A model generated the notes under the pieces. It was not told where the DNA came from, searched no databases, and saw nothing but the letters and a program-made list of their open reading frames with translations. DNA of 64,000 bases from the human T2T-CHM13v2.0 reference genome, Homo sapiens. Within the stretch, counting starts at the first letter, position 1. Each line of letters begins with the position of its first letter. The stretch lies in NCBI RefSeq assembly GCF_009914755.1, contig NC_060933.1. One strand, written 5' to 3'. Of the stretch, positions 28,729 to 43,690 are shown in pieces. A program made the position numbers and the translations under genes.

Positions 28729-29853
28729 CTACAAGCAAAAAAGAAACACTTTTTTTTCTGTACTCTGATACCTGGAGGTGTAGTATTATATTACATCCCC
28801 TTTTCATCCTCTGCAATGTAAAGGGTGGGGGAGATCGTGGCCTCATCTCTATGCTGAGTCTCAAATGAATCAGAATCCAAGGCTGTCCAGCATCCAGTCT
28901 CCTCCAAGGCTTACTCTCTTTAGGTTAACATTTCTGAGCTCTGGATCAACAAGTATCAACACACGCCACATATGTTACTCATATTCTTCAACATACTGAA
29001 AAGAAAAATACCCAAGCCTACTGTGTTACCGGAACTGAAGTAAACATTGGCAACAAATATGGAAAGGCTGACCTGCTGGTTTAATGTTTTCCCATTTCAA
29101 CCTCTTAAGTGCATCGTGTGAATCACCTAACACCAAAATATTGTGCTACCCAAGCTCTATAAGGTCTTTTTTGTTACTTATACAGTGAATTTTGCCTTCA
29201 GTTTTATGTTTTGTGTGATCACGTGTTTGTGTGATGTTTTTGAAATGTTAAGGGTTCTGTTGCTTAATTCTTGGACCGATTTATTGGAAAAGGGAACTCC
29301 TCTCCTCTTATCTATCCACCTTAGTCTTCCAAGATTTTATTTCTAATGTTTACAAAAAAGAAAAGTTCCTCTGATGATGTGAATTGGTATGATCTTTTGT
29401 AGGGAGATGATAAAGAAACAGTAATTAGTTGATGTTTTATCAAAAGTAGCTTATTCTACTACTAATAAAATCAATGAAAAATGTACTGTGAGCTAGGTAT
29501 TTTGAAAGTAAAAACCATGAATAAAAGGTGGTTCTATTCCCAAAGAGGGGACACTTACATGTATTTGATGAAAATTAATAATCACCAAATTCTCTGGCCA
29601 TGCCATTGGGTTCTGTACTGCTGGTGGCATTAGGGGGGTCTGCTGGTATACCCTCTCGTCCTCTACAGAGTCTACCCGCTGAGGCAATGCCTCTCACAAA
29701 CCCCAGCCCAAACCTCCCTGGAAGAGCAGGCAGGACAAACCAACTCTGGGCTGTACTAGTTCATGCCAGGACTCAAGATTCCCTCCTCCACTCTTAAGAT
29801 GATTGTATGAGACTCACCAATCCAGCTAAACCCACAGTTCCTTGTCTTTTAAT

Positions 29854-30047
29854 CAGTGGTTAACAGAGTGTGGTCTCCAGACCAGCATCATCAACATTGC
29901 ATGGGAACTTACTAAAGAGTAAATTCTCAGGTCTGACCTCAGACTTCCTGAATTGGAAATCCTGGAGTGGGGGAGGGGGCTAAGTGATCTCTGTTTTAAT
30001 AAGCCTTCCAGGTGATCCTGATGTCCTCTCAAGTTTGAGAACTACTG
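29854..30047 (+). mobile_element. MER5A
   Basis: CAGTGGTTAACAGAGTGTGGTCTCCAGACCAGCATCATCA ... AAGTTTGAGAACTACTG, full length. Confidence 0.9.
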
Positions 30048-30332
30048 TCTTCAGCCCTTTCCTGGGTAGAAGCCCTCCTGCTTCGAGTTCATTAAACACG
30101 GGGCTCCCCCCTCAGCCCCATCACCTTGCCTGGGAGGGGAACCATCTCTGGAAGTACATTTGCATTTCACCTCTAGGCATGGGCTGAAGACCTACTAGCT
30201 CTTCCCCCCAACCCCCAAGCCCTCGTCCTATATTAGTTTAGAGCTTTGATTGTACCTTTATTGTCAGATCTATTTATTTACTTTTCTTTTTTGGTGGCCA
30301 TTGATCCTTCAGTGGGCTAACTCACCCAGGCT

Positions 30333-31202
30333 GGAAGCAAACTTAATTTGGGAGAGTCCAATTTTATCAAATGTATCACAGCATCTGTTTTTGAGCTAAA
30401 ATGAAACTACGGCTATAATTCACCAAAAGTTAGTTAGCGTTCTGTCCTGCAGTTATTGCAAACCAAGTTGCCTGCCAGATTTCTTCAATACTCTCGGGTT
30501 GTTGGAAATAGAATTTCATGCGTTCCCACCTTAGGAGTTGGTGGAAGCCAGGTAGGGGCCTCAGATTAATGTCAGAATGTCCACTTTCATCTATGATTAT
30601 GACAGTGTTGTTGCTGCCCTTGCTGGAAAAATCTCGTTGTTAGCTACATCTCTCCAGAGCCAGATGGAAGACTGCTTTGGTATGTGAGAAAGTTCTCAAA
30701 GGAGAAGGCAGAGACCCTTCTGACAACTTGAATGAGCTCCGCTGTTTTCCCTATCACTTCCTATCCCTTTCCTTTCAGTTCTAAATCTGTTGTCCCTTTT
30801 TCTCTTTTGCTGGCTGATCCCTTTTGGCTCACCCTTTAGAGATGGGCTTCGGAGTTCCTCACTTCTGTCCTGTCTTCATTCTCCACTCTGGGAATGTACT
30901 TTCGTTCCCACATCTATACCTCTGGACCTGAAGGTTCCACTCCCTGCTGGGCTATTACCACTGGGCCATCTCATCAGAGAAGAGATGAGGGCTTCCACCA
31001 GCCCCTAAGGTGAGAATGCATGAAATTCTATTTCCAACAACCCAAGATTTTTGAAGAAATCTGGCAAGTGACTTGGTTTGCAATAATCTCAGGACAGAAC
31101 ACTAACTTTGGGGAATTATAGCCATGGTTTACATTTTAGCTCAAAAACAGATTCTGTGATACATTTGATAAAATTGGACACTCCCAAATTATGTTTGCTT
31201 CC
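30333..31202. repeat. Long inverted repeat: arms 30333-30549 and 30990-31202, 440-bp spacer
   Basis: Manual alignment of arm 1 with the reverse complement of arm 2 gives ~88% identity over ~215 bp. Confidence 0.95.
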
Positions 31203-31249
31203 TTAACTTCACTAAGTGGAGCCTTTGTTTTCAAGTCCCAGCTCTTCCT

Positions 31250-31960
31250 CTTCTCATTGTCCATTTTATACACATTGGCATGACTTCAACTACTCTTCCC
31301 CTCTTGCTGTGTGTCTGCCAGTCAGTCAGTTATACATAGTTTATCCCCATTGCACATCATATCTCTGCCCTCTTGCCACTGCTTGGCCTCAAGCTGTGGG
31401 CAATTCTTGTTTATGTTATCACAATAACCTTTCAGCTGTTCTCTGTCTCTCTAATCTCTTACTAAATTAGCGTGCTCTACATACCACCACAAATGATCAT
31501 CTTTCTAAAACGCAGATTAGATATTTCTTTCTCCTTGTTGAAACATGCCATGGCTTCCTATGGCCCTATAAGGGAATAAAGTCCCAGATCCTTAGTAGGT
31601 GCTCAAAGTTGCCACGATGAGGCTGCTCAACCTACCTTCATGCCATTGTGACACGTAACCTCCATGAAGTAGCCTGTTTCCTGAGCTGTTGCACATTTGT
31701 ATCTGCCTATTTCTTTTCTTATGTTATTCCCTGCACATTACCCCAGGCCACTCTTCTGCTTGTCAAAACTCTGCTCATTAATTAAAGTTTACCTTAAAAT
31801 ATTACTCACAATATTTTATTCACAAGGACACAATATGTGTCCCTTTCTCTGTTAAATTATTCCATCTGTTGAACTTCCCACTGAATTTGGATACACTGTG
31901 ATTGCATTCATTTAATCTTACTTTTCTATGAGTTTGTCTTTTTTACTAGATTGTTCATCT
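31250..31960 (+). mobile_element. L2 fragments
   Basis: Pyrimidine-rich; ATCTTTCTAAAACGCAGAT..CCATGGCTTCC..AATAAAGTCCCAGATCCTT. Confidence 0.55.
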
Positions 31961-32079
31961 CTGGGTAGCTTAGGTGTCACTTTGTCCCCTAACTGCTTTG
32001 GATGTTTCTGCATCCACTCTTAGGTTGGTGGAAGTCTGAGGCCCTCTCTAGATTTCTGCTGAATATGGGGAATGTAAGC

Positions 32080-32103
32080 GTGTGTGTGTGTGTGTGTGTG
32101 TGT
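32080..32103. repeat. (GT)n microsatellite
   Basis: About 12 GT units. Confidence 0.95.
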
Positions 32104-33253
32104 AACACGGGGGGCCACATTCTCCTGACTTTCTCTGCTTATCTGACTTTGTTCACTTGTTGAGTTTGATGGCATCATTTTGTTCCCAATAAGAAACATC
32201 TTTGCTTCCATAATGAGGAATGTACTTATTTCTCACACTGAGGTCTCATGAGTTTGATAGACTTTCTAAAAAAGAAAATTGTTGGGTGAAGCAGTCATGG
32301 GGTGACCACATCATTGAGTTCTCAGCCTTCCACCAGCGGGAGCTCTGCTGCTTCCTTCCCCGTCTCTCCCTCCCAGCTTCACTTCCCTCCCCTCGCAGGT
32401 GGTCTGGGACCTGCAGTTGGTGACATTTCAACTTTCAGGACAACTTCCCTTCTCGTTAGCCTGGGTGCAGGAGGAGCCTGTGACACTCAGAACGCTTACC
32501 TTTTCCAAGACTCTGATAAAAGAATTTTACTTAACACAGTTGCTTCTTAAAGGAAATCCTGGTGTCAGCTGTGAAGATCCTCACATTGTCTCTTTCTCAG
32601 AGCAGCACATGTGTATTCTCACATTTTTGGTATAATGTTGCCAAAGACATTCAGAAAACAAATAATTGGCTGCCTGCCACTGAATGCTTTTCTCTTTAGA
32701 GAGGGAATCCCAGGAAAGGTAGAAGTTGATGGCGCCCGATATGGACTCTCCAGAGGGTCTTTGGGAAATGATACAGATCTAACTGCAGAGGCAAGTGTCC
32801 AGTGCTGTGGAATGAAGGGCCTAAAGGTGGTGTGGTGGTGACAGTGTGTCTGAGGTCCCCGGCACCACTGGGCATGTCCTATGACTGTTGCTCCTGTGGC
32901 TGGATCACGGCTGCTCTCTGCCTTCCTGGGTTCCTTCCAAGTCTTGCTCTCTAGCTGTCTCACACATTTCCCAAGCTTCCCTCTATTTGTCTCATAAGTT
33001 CTTTCTTTCGGTGCCCCTTTTTGTTGTTTGCCACCAAAAGCCCAGACTGGTACAAAAGCTTTGCATATGGTTTATGCTGAAAAATATCTTTAGAGGAATC
33101 TAGTGAATGCTTAAAATTACCAAAATTATAAATTATAATTTCTTTTATCATTTGGGTAGTATGAACTTGACCAACATTATCCCATGTTTTTCCTCTGTCC
33201 CCATGTTTAATCCAACTATTTCCATGTTTTAGTCTCTGTGAATTTAAGGCTAA

Positions 33254-33855
<602 letters not shown>

Positions 33856-35079
33856 TAGATTATAAAAGCTTATTTTTTATTGAACTCTCAGAGAGCTTAA
33901 AATGTCTAGATGTTATTGGTTCTGAGTATACACCAATTCCTGCTTTTGTAGTTAACTCTAAGTGACGTGCTTGGGGAATGGATTTAACCTGTTTTCTTGG
34001 ATGAAAAGTAGGTGCTTCTAGACAAAGCATTGTAAAGAAAGTCCCAAAGTCATTTGCAGATGTTAGTCATCTCCTAATTCCTTTATAAGTTCCTCATTTT
34101 GGTACGCCTGGACCACATGCCATCCACAACTGTTGAAGGGAGTGTCTGTGGGCAAAAAATAGCTCAAAACCTTTGAATTTAGAATTTTATTTAAGTGGTG
34201 CTTATAGCAAGAGTTTTGAAACAGTGATCTGCAGAGCCAGGCTGGGGGTCTTACAGGAGATGTGCATGGAGAAGTGACAAGGCCAACACCTCTTCATGCA
34301 GGACAGCATCTCTCTCTCTTTTTTTTTTTTCTGTTCAAGTATTACATTTTCACACAAACCAATGGGCCCCTGTTGAACCTAGCAAAAACTGGACTACTAC
34401 CCCTTCCACGTACACCTAGGAAAAAAATGTACATATGCACATAGAGAAATTTTTGCATGCAACTTAGGATGTTCGTGGACCCTCTGAAGATCTTCGTAGA
34501 CTTCCATTCCATAGGTTCCCAGATTAAGGAATTTCTAAAAAGCTTTCTTAGTTGAAAGCTGCTTTGACTCAAGAAGGAAGAAGATGAAGGAAAGCCTCTG
34601 TTCTATCTATATTCCTATGCCTTCAGGTTCTCTCAGTATCTTCATATCTGGTTGGTTTTCAAGAACCGCCTTTTCATGGCCCTCTGAAAATAGATTTCAT
34701 TTGCACAATAAAGGTGTGTGTGATGAAGCTTTGCTCTTGGACAAACCCAGGCTACCTATTGGCTTTGTGTTCAGAAGATCATTTACTAAGACAAGTTTGT
34801 TTCTCTGCAGAGTATGTCTTTGCATGCTTTTGTGCTGAAGATGACTCCAAGTTTCATAGGAACAGGCTGACATAAGGAGCTCATGGTCTGGAAGCCATCC
34901 TCAGGACCCCAGGGACCCAATGGGGCCTAGATCAATAATAGAGAAAAGGCAAGAGAATGCTGAGAGCCAGGTATGGGGCAAGAAGAAAAGAAGCATAGGG
35001 AAATGAAGAAGGAAGGAAGGAGAACTTGGTGAGGGTCAGAAACTAGCTGATGCATTTTTCCTTCCCTAGAAACTGCTCA

Positions 35080-35815
<736 letters not shown>

Positions 35816-36884
35816 TTTCCCTGGAAGTTTTGATGCCAGGAAGATGCCTGAAGTATGGTTCTCTCTGAACTATGGAAAGAGCCATGCTACCCAGTGGCTT
35901 AAAGATGGATGACTTAGACTCGGGGAATTCACTGGATAAAATAGGAGAATGTGGACTTTTCCCAAAAGGACACAATTGGGAAAAATCTAAACTCAGAAAT
36001 TGCTTTGCTCTGGATTTCAGTGTGAAAACCCCAAAGGGAGGACCACCACAAACTAGATCTAGCTGGGATCTGTTGACAATCTGAGCTTTTATTGCTAGCT
36101 TGGAAGGTGTCGTGCCCCTGAGAAGGAATGCAAGGGAGTGGGCCGAGAGCAACGCCACTTTCTGGAGTCCAGAATGTTAAAGCAGCAGATCCTAACACAT
36201 CTCATGAAGACAGTGGAAATAGCAGGGAAGGTGACCAGCCTTGCCTTCTTTTGGTTTCACAAAGAGTGATCTCCAAGCTTATGTATAGCCCACGGCATTG
36301 ACACCCCACGAGAAACACTGTTGAGGGTGAGTAAGAACTGCTCAGAAAGTGGGCAGTTTCTATCTTCTCTGACATTTGCTGATAAGTCTCAAATCTTTAG
36401 CCTTGTGGATGCCAGCAGATACTTTAAAAAGCCAGCATTCAAGGAAGACATTCTGCAATGCAAACTGGAACTGGAAATCTTCCCCTTCCTAGACTTAACC
36501 CAAGGTAAAAGGAAGATATCTGCTGGAAAAGCAGATATTTCCTCTGGAAAGATGTCCTAAATGGAAATGGAAGAACTGAATCCATTATATTTAGAAGTTT
36601 TCTCATTTGTAGTATCTATCTCTAAGTGTATTAGCTTTCTTATAAACAATGATAAAATGTATAAAAGGCGTAAGCATTACATTTTCTTAGTTTGGGTTCT
36701 CATGAGTTGAATTTTCTTGATCAATTAAAGGAAAAATAATTCTCTCAACTTGCCTGGTTTGCCTGAATTATTCTAGAGAGTGGTTTAAGTTTCCACTTCA
36801 CTTCATGTTCTGTAGATGTGGTATTGGCAAATCCTGTATACATTCTCTGCAGTAAAAACTCTAGGAATGTTTGGCGATTGAACT

Positions 36885-37010
36885 TAAGGAGTCAGAAACT
36901 TGGTTTTGAGTCCAGGCCTGCCACTTACTACATGGATGACCTTGGAGAAGTGACTCAGTAACTGGCCATTTGTGACTAAGAATGAAAGCATTGGTTTAGA
37001 TGGTCTCCAA
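36885..37010 (+). mobile_element. MIR fragment
   Basis: GGAGTCAGAAACTTGGTTTTGAGTCCAGGCCTGCCACTTACTA..TGACCTTGGAGAAGTGACT. Confidence 0.7.
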
Positions 37011-37632
37011 GCTCCAATTATAAGATCAGGTGATATTCTTTGTGAACCCGGGAATTTATGTTGATGTCCTTTTTCTCCTGTAAATTAAAGAAGAGGAGGC
37101 TGACCAGTGAACATAAATGATGTTCCTTCTCCAATTTATCCCACAAATTAGCACTGATCTTACCTCTCACTTGTCCCTACCCTTCCCGGGGAGGGCCAAG
37201 ATATGTCCCTCAGTGGGTTTCACCCATCCTGATACAACATAAGGAAAGGAGTGGGGGCTTATATATTCTTGCTGAACAAACCAAACTTATAGGAAATGTC
37301 AAAATCCTGGACTTTACTTCAGCCTACAGTCAAAGAATGTGCTAAGGAGATGAAATAGACCACTCCACCTAAGAGAGAAGCAAGCCATCCAATCCCTCGC
37401 AAACTGAAGTGAAGTCACTTATATCATTGTTTCACAGTTTAACAATGTGGGAGTTAAAGCCAAATTTTTATGAAGAACAGATGGGCCCACAGGCCACAGA
37501 AAGGGAAAAAACTGCTCCAAAATAGGCTTGCTAAATATTATTATCTCTAAATATAAGCAGGGAGAAAATTCATTCTGTTTAAAACATGCTAAAAATGTCT
37601 TATGATATTTTGTAGTATTTTTAATTAATATA

Positions 37633-37755
37633 TTTTTTAAAGATGGAATCTTGCTATGTTGCCCAGGCTGGGCTCAAACTTCTGGGCTCATGTTACCCTC
37701 CTGCCTCAGCCTCCCAAGTAGCTGGAATTACAGGTGTACTCTACCACACTCGGCT
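37633..37755 (-). mobile_element. FLAM (Alu monomer)
   Basis: Single antisense ~125-bp left-arm-like monomer. Confidence 0.85.
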
Positions 37756-38649
37756 GTCTTAGGGTCTTTTTAGTTCAGTATCATTCCTCTAGCACGTAGA
37801 TAAATGAGCCGCAAACCATGTAATACTGCCCATTCTATTACACTTAGCATTATTTTCATTAGCAAATTCAACTCTGTTTTATAAAGTATTTTATCCAAAG
37901 ACATTGTCTCTGAGAGATATATTGAGAATCTAAGTACAGCCTAGGAAATGTGGACCAAGGTCGGCTTTTCTAATCTATTGGATGGGTCAGTAACAAGTGG
38001 TCTGGAAACCAGGAACTTCCCCTTGCTTCTCCCAAGTATTTTTTTGTCCTGTCTGTTACAGATTCCTGAAATTTCTTTCCCAGTGACTTTCTTTCATTTT
38101 ATAACTAAAATGAGATATAAGAGACAAATGCTTCTACAGATGTAGCACCTTGGCTAAAGTTCTTACTAAAGTGTAAATGACTGATAGAAAAATTTTCCTC
38201 AAAGAGTGAATTTCAGTGGGGTAGCTGGGGTAGGTCATGTAAAGAAGGTACAGATTTGCCTTCAAGGAGCATATCTACCACGAAAATAATTTCTTATGTC
38301 AGTTTACTCTGCATTTTTTACAACACAACATATGCTGTATTTCAGGTCTGTCAATCTCTAAATGTCCAGTTGCACATAAAGCTCACTCCCATGCAATCCA
38401 GATGATCTCATCCAGAGAAGCTCCACATTGCACTCAGTTAGCTGCGTCATTAGGAGATCATGCGAAAGTCAGAGGTGGCCAGAGTCAAGAGCCAGGTTTC
38501 ATTATAATTCTCAAGTGGTCATGGATAGCTGGAGCCTTTGAAATGGACATGGATTATTTATGGATAGAAAGCATTTAGAGGATAAAGTCTCCGGAATGAA
38601 AATCCAAGAGGAGAAATAAATGGGGAATGCATCTCAGGGAGATGAATAA

Positions 38650-39426
<777 letters not shown>

Positions 39427-40059
39427 TGAGTTCCAGACTTGGTTTGTCTTTATTGACTGTGAACAGGATTTGGTCACACTGAGCATAGACAAGGAGGACC
39501 CCATCCTTTGCTGCCCTTCTGACCTGGGTTTTTCTCCACCACCATAGTCCTCAGTGCCCCCATCATTCTGTTAGTCCTGTGTAGACTGTGAACTCCTTTA
39601 GGAAGGAGGAACCACGGTCTTACCTTTGAGTATTAATGTTCCATACAGTGACTGTTGCATAGTAACTGCCAAATGAATGTTAGTTTGATTGAACTAGACC
39701 TTCCTGTTTCCTCTGTAATTCCAAGTACAGACATCCTCTGGGAAGAAGGGCTGTGGGTTCCATCTGGGTATTATTCATCAGTTACACCCTGTGGAGTGCT
39801 TTTTTCACTGTGGTGTCTGGCTGAGAGGCCCGGACAAGATGCTGAAAGGTGAACAGGGCTGGTTGCATGAGGCAAAGTCTTCTACTCCAAGCCCTCCAGG
39901 TCCTCTGTAGGATGAGACAGGCTTTGTGAAGATTCCTCTCTCACACTCTCAACAGATGGGGGAGATTTGGATGTCAACTTTTCCCCTAAAGGGTTCCAGA
40001 ATCAGACTGATGGCTACATCTCAGCCAGCCTTCCAGATCTTCTCTGAGGTGCCTCCAGC

Positions 40060-40860
40060 GCATCCAGATGGAAATTGTCAGCATTTCATGGAAAGCACGC
40101 CATAATAAAAATTAGCTCTACATTCCCCCCAACAAAAAATAGTTTTTCCTTGCATCCTTTGGGTTGCTACCATCCACTGAGAAACATTATTATTAGGTTG
40201 GTGCAAAAGTAATTGAGGTTTTTACAATTAAAAGTAATCACAAAAACCACAATTACTTTTGCACCAACTGAATATTATCCTAAAATCCAACTTTCTTTCC
40301 ACCACTACTTGCTTTCCCTTCAAGCTCATAGCTGCTAAGTCTACCTCCTAAATCTGTTTTACAACTCTCCTCCCAGTCTCTAAGTTCTAATTACTTAGAA
40401 CAGGCAACTGGCCACCCTCTTTCCAGCCCCGGCTATCTGCAGAGACATCTTTTCAATGTATAGAAATTTGTAATGACTATCTTTAATGGGATGCTGTCAC
40501 CCACAGTGTAAAATACAGTCCTTAGGTGGACATAAAAAGCCCTGATGATCTGATCCCAGGCCACATGATTGTCCTTGTCCTCCATTCTCTGTCCCTTCTC
40601 AGACGTTCTCTGCCCGTTACACTTGTGACACTGTGTACCATCTCTTCGAATACCCCTCCAGCCTCTCACTGCTCCTTTCTCCATATCAGCCTTGTCAATG
40701 TCTACTCATCATTCAAGATCAAGCTGAAGTACCTTTGCTTCTGAGAAGTCCGCCTCCCAGCCTTCCCACCCATTCAACTTACCCAGTTAATTGCACCCTC
40801 TTCCAGGACACTATGGTTTCTGCATGACTCTCCTGGAGATCATCATACAGTGCTGGAATT
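40060..40860 (+). mobile_element. L2 fragments (host of MADE1)
   Basis: TACCTCCTAAATCT..TACTCATCATTCAAGATCAAGCTGAAGT..CTTCTGAGAAGTC. Confidence 0.55.
40193..40272. mobile_element. MADE1 (Hsmar1 MITE, 80 bp)
   Basis: TA|TTAGGTTGGTGCAAAAGTAATTG ... CAATTACTTTTGCACCAACTGAA|TA; long TIRs, TA TSD. Confidence 0.95.
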
Positions 40861-40899
40861 TCCAAAGGCTGTCCTTTAGTTCTTGCTTGTGTCTTGTTC

Positions 40900-41130
40900 A
40901 GACTTAGGTTCCCAGACCCTCACACTCTACCCTTTATTAACCATGTGACCTTGGGCACATTACATAACCCCTCAACTTCATTTTTAGTTTATTAAAAAGG
41001 ACCAATTTATTTCAGCTTATTTAAGGACAAATAAGACTGTTATGAGGGTTAAATGAGATGAAGCATATAGCACCAGGCCTGGCACATAGTAACTATCTAA
41101 TACGTGGCATTATCTGTTGTTATTATTATC
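40900..41130 (+). mobile_element. MIR
   Basis: CCATGTGACCTTGGGCACATTACATAACC..GAGGGTTAAATGAGATG..CCTGGCACATAGTAA. Confidence 0.75.
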
Positions 41131-42929
41131 AAGTAGGATAATATCAATGCAGATATCAATTGTTTTCTGGAGCTGTTCTGGGACTGGGGGTGCCATCAGA
41201 GGGAAAACTTTCTCCTGTGCTTTGGGCTTCAAGTAACAGATTTAGAGGAGTGGGTGTAGCTATTACCACTGGCTGCTGAAGGGAGATTCTTACTAAGGAA
41301 CCAATGGTTGTCCTTGAGAGAAGATGGATGTGAGCTTTGACTGAGCTAGCCTGGAGCTGTTGGGATTGCAGGTGTGCTGCATGGAAAATGAATAGGCTTT
41401 TATTTTAGTTGTGCCACCATTAGAATTTCAAACCAAGATGGATATGACCTGGACAGAATCATTAAAAAATCTTATATGAATATATTTTATGGATTTGAGT
41501 TAGCCTATTGCATGGCCACTATGAAACTATGACAAAAGAAGTTCAAGGTATTGTTCCAGGCTTCGATGTTCAAACCCCTACTTCCTGCAATGGGGAGAGA
41601 AAGCTACTTATATTTTGGCATCAGTGTATAACCCCAGGCATAGTTGATCCAGTCTGGCGTGATACGGACTTGGTCTCTTGGAGTTCAGTGAAAGTGAGGT
41701 CAGCATGTACAGAGGCCTGGGGAAAACAAACTGATTTAAGGTACTAAACTGGAAAATACTGTTCCATTTCTTTCTGAATGGAGTCCACAGTGGTGCTGGA
41801 AAATCATCTGGAGAAACACAGCCCCAAGAGTAATAGCATGCTGTAATGCATTTGATTAAAAAGAGGAAGGAAAAAAACATGTTATGTGCTGTCCTCATGC
41901 TAGGATCGGGGAACAGGCAGCCTGTGAGCTGTGGCCCGTGGAGATTTCACCTGGATTACTTTAAAAGCACTTTTGCAGAGCCAGGCAAATGAAAATCATG
42001 TGTTTATTTATCAAGGAGACCTTCTCTTGGGAATATTTTATTTGCAGATCTACGAAGAGGCAAAACCTCCACATTTTTAATCTCTCGTGCAAGAACTTCT
42101 AAGTGCTGAAAAAGCAGCGACAGGAAGAATGAGTTTGGATGTCCCAGAAATCCTGATAAAGTTTGGAAACTTGTCCAGATTGTTTGAACTTTTCGTCTGG
42201 ACCGTATTAGATTCTGTGTCTCTGAGAGCAAGTTCATTTATATCGTGTACATTTCTCAAGCTACAGTGTTTCAGTGTTTTTATCAACGGCTTGGCAAAGA
42301 TGACACTGAGACACTCAGTCTTTAATGTAGGTATGTCTGAATATCGCCAAATGTCCTCAGGCTTCGGTGGGTATTTGAGAGACATGTTCAGGTCATTCAA
42401 TTCATCAGAGGGACATTTTCTGCCAATCAAAAGTGCCTTTGAGGGATTTCGGTGGTCAGTCTCCAGTCTTCTCAGTCAAGTGGTGTCAGCCTAGTATAAA
42501 GGGTTGTGCCATAATATCACGGGACTCGTGGAATAAGACTTTTTACTTCATTGTTTGGAGACTTCAGAATGTTTAAATGTAGACCCAATAAGCAACACTA
42601 CTTTGTGCTTTGGTTTGAACCATGGGAAACTGAGTCGAACAGCAGATAGTCAACTTTAGCTCCTCGTGATTCTCTGGAGAGTCAGGGTGACAAGTCATGA
42701 AGTTTCAGGGTACTAAGTACATTTTTAGTGTGCTGAGTCTGGAGGAGGCTGGAAATGGGCTTTAATTTCTTCGTCTCACTTAATTTTGTGTACCACTGGA
42801 CACACATGGGGTGTGGCAAATGGAAAACAAGTAAGCTTTTATTTTAGTTGTGCCATGGGAAACTGGGTTCAACCATGTCTGCTCCATGTTTGTTCCATGG
42901 GCAAATGGAGTTACTTTTGAGGAAATATG

Positions 42930-43465
42930 TGCATTAGTTATCTATTGCTACATAACAAATTACTCCAGAATTTAGCAGATTAAAACAACAGTTATTATCT
43001 CACAGTTCTGCAGATCAGAATTCAGGAGTGGCTTAACCGGGTGGTTCTGGTTCAAAATCTCTCACGAGGTTGCAGACAAGGTGTCAGCTGGGGCTGCAGC
43101 CCTATGAAGGCTCAATTGGGGCTGGAGTGTCTCCTTCCAAGATGGCTCTGTCCCATGGGTGTTGCAAGAGGCCTCAGCTCTTCGTCACTTGGTGTCTCCA
43201 TAGGGCTTCTTGAGTGTCTTCATGACATGGCAGCTGGCTTCCTCAAGAGCAAACCAAGTGCATAGGTTTGCATGCACACTCACGTGAGAGAGTAAGAGAG
43301 AGAGAACAAACAAGAAGTCACAATAAATTGACCTAATTTTGGAAGTCACACAGTTTCGAAGTGGGCCTCTAAGTACAATCTACTTTTAAGGGCAGAAAAA
43401 TTAATGTCCACCTTATGAAGGGAGGAATATCAAAGAATTTGTAGACATATTTTAAAAGCAGCACA
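42930..43465 (-). mobile_element. MLT1 (F/G-like) MaLR solo LTR
   Basis: ATTAGTTATCTATTGCTACATAACAAATTACTCC ... AAAGAATTTGTAGACATATTTTAAAAGCAGCACA. Confidence 0.85.
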
Positions 43466-43469
43466 CCAC

Positions 43470-43690
43470 GAGTCTCAGAAGTCATTGACATGAATGTGAA
43501 TCTCCAGTCTGTCTCTTATTCATTGCGTTGCTGGGGACAAATTGATGAATCTTTGAACTTCAGTTTAGTCATTTATGAACTGAAACTCAAAATACCTACA
43601 CTGCAGTGTTATTGATAGCATTAGAAATTCTGCTTATAATATATCTCAAAGAGTTCCTAGCCTAAAGTTCGTGCTAAATAAAGAGTAGAT
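43470..43690 (+). mobile_element. MIR
   Basis: TGAACTTCAGTTTAGTCATTTATGAA..AATACCTAC.. Confidence 0.55.

Noticed and set aside
28081-28821. Longest ORF (246 aa)
   Set aside because: GTG start, Leu/Ser/Phe/Cys-rich composition typical of pyrimidine-rich non-coding DNA, and no recognisable domain; likely chance.
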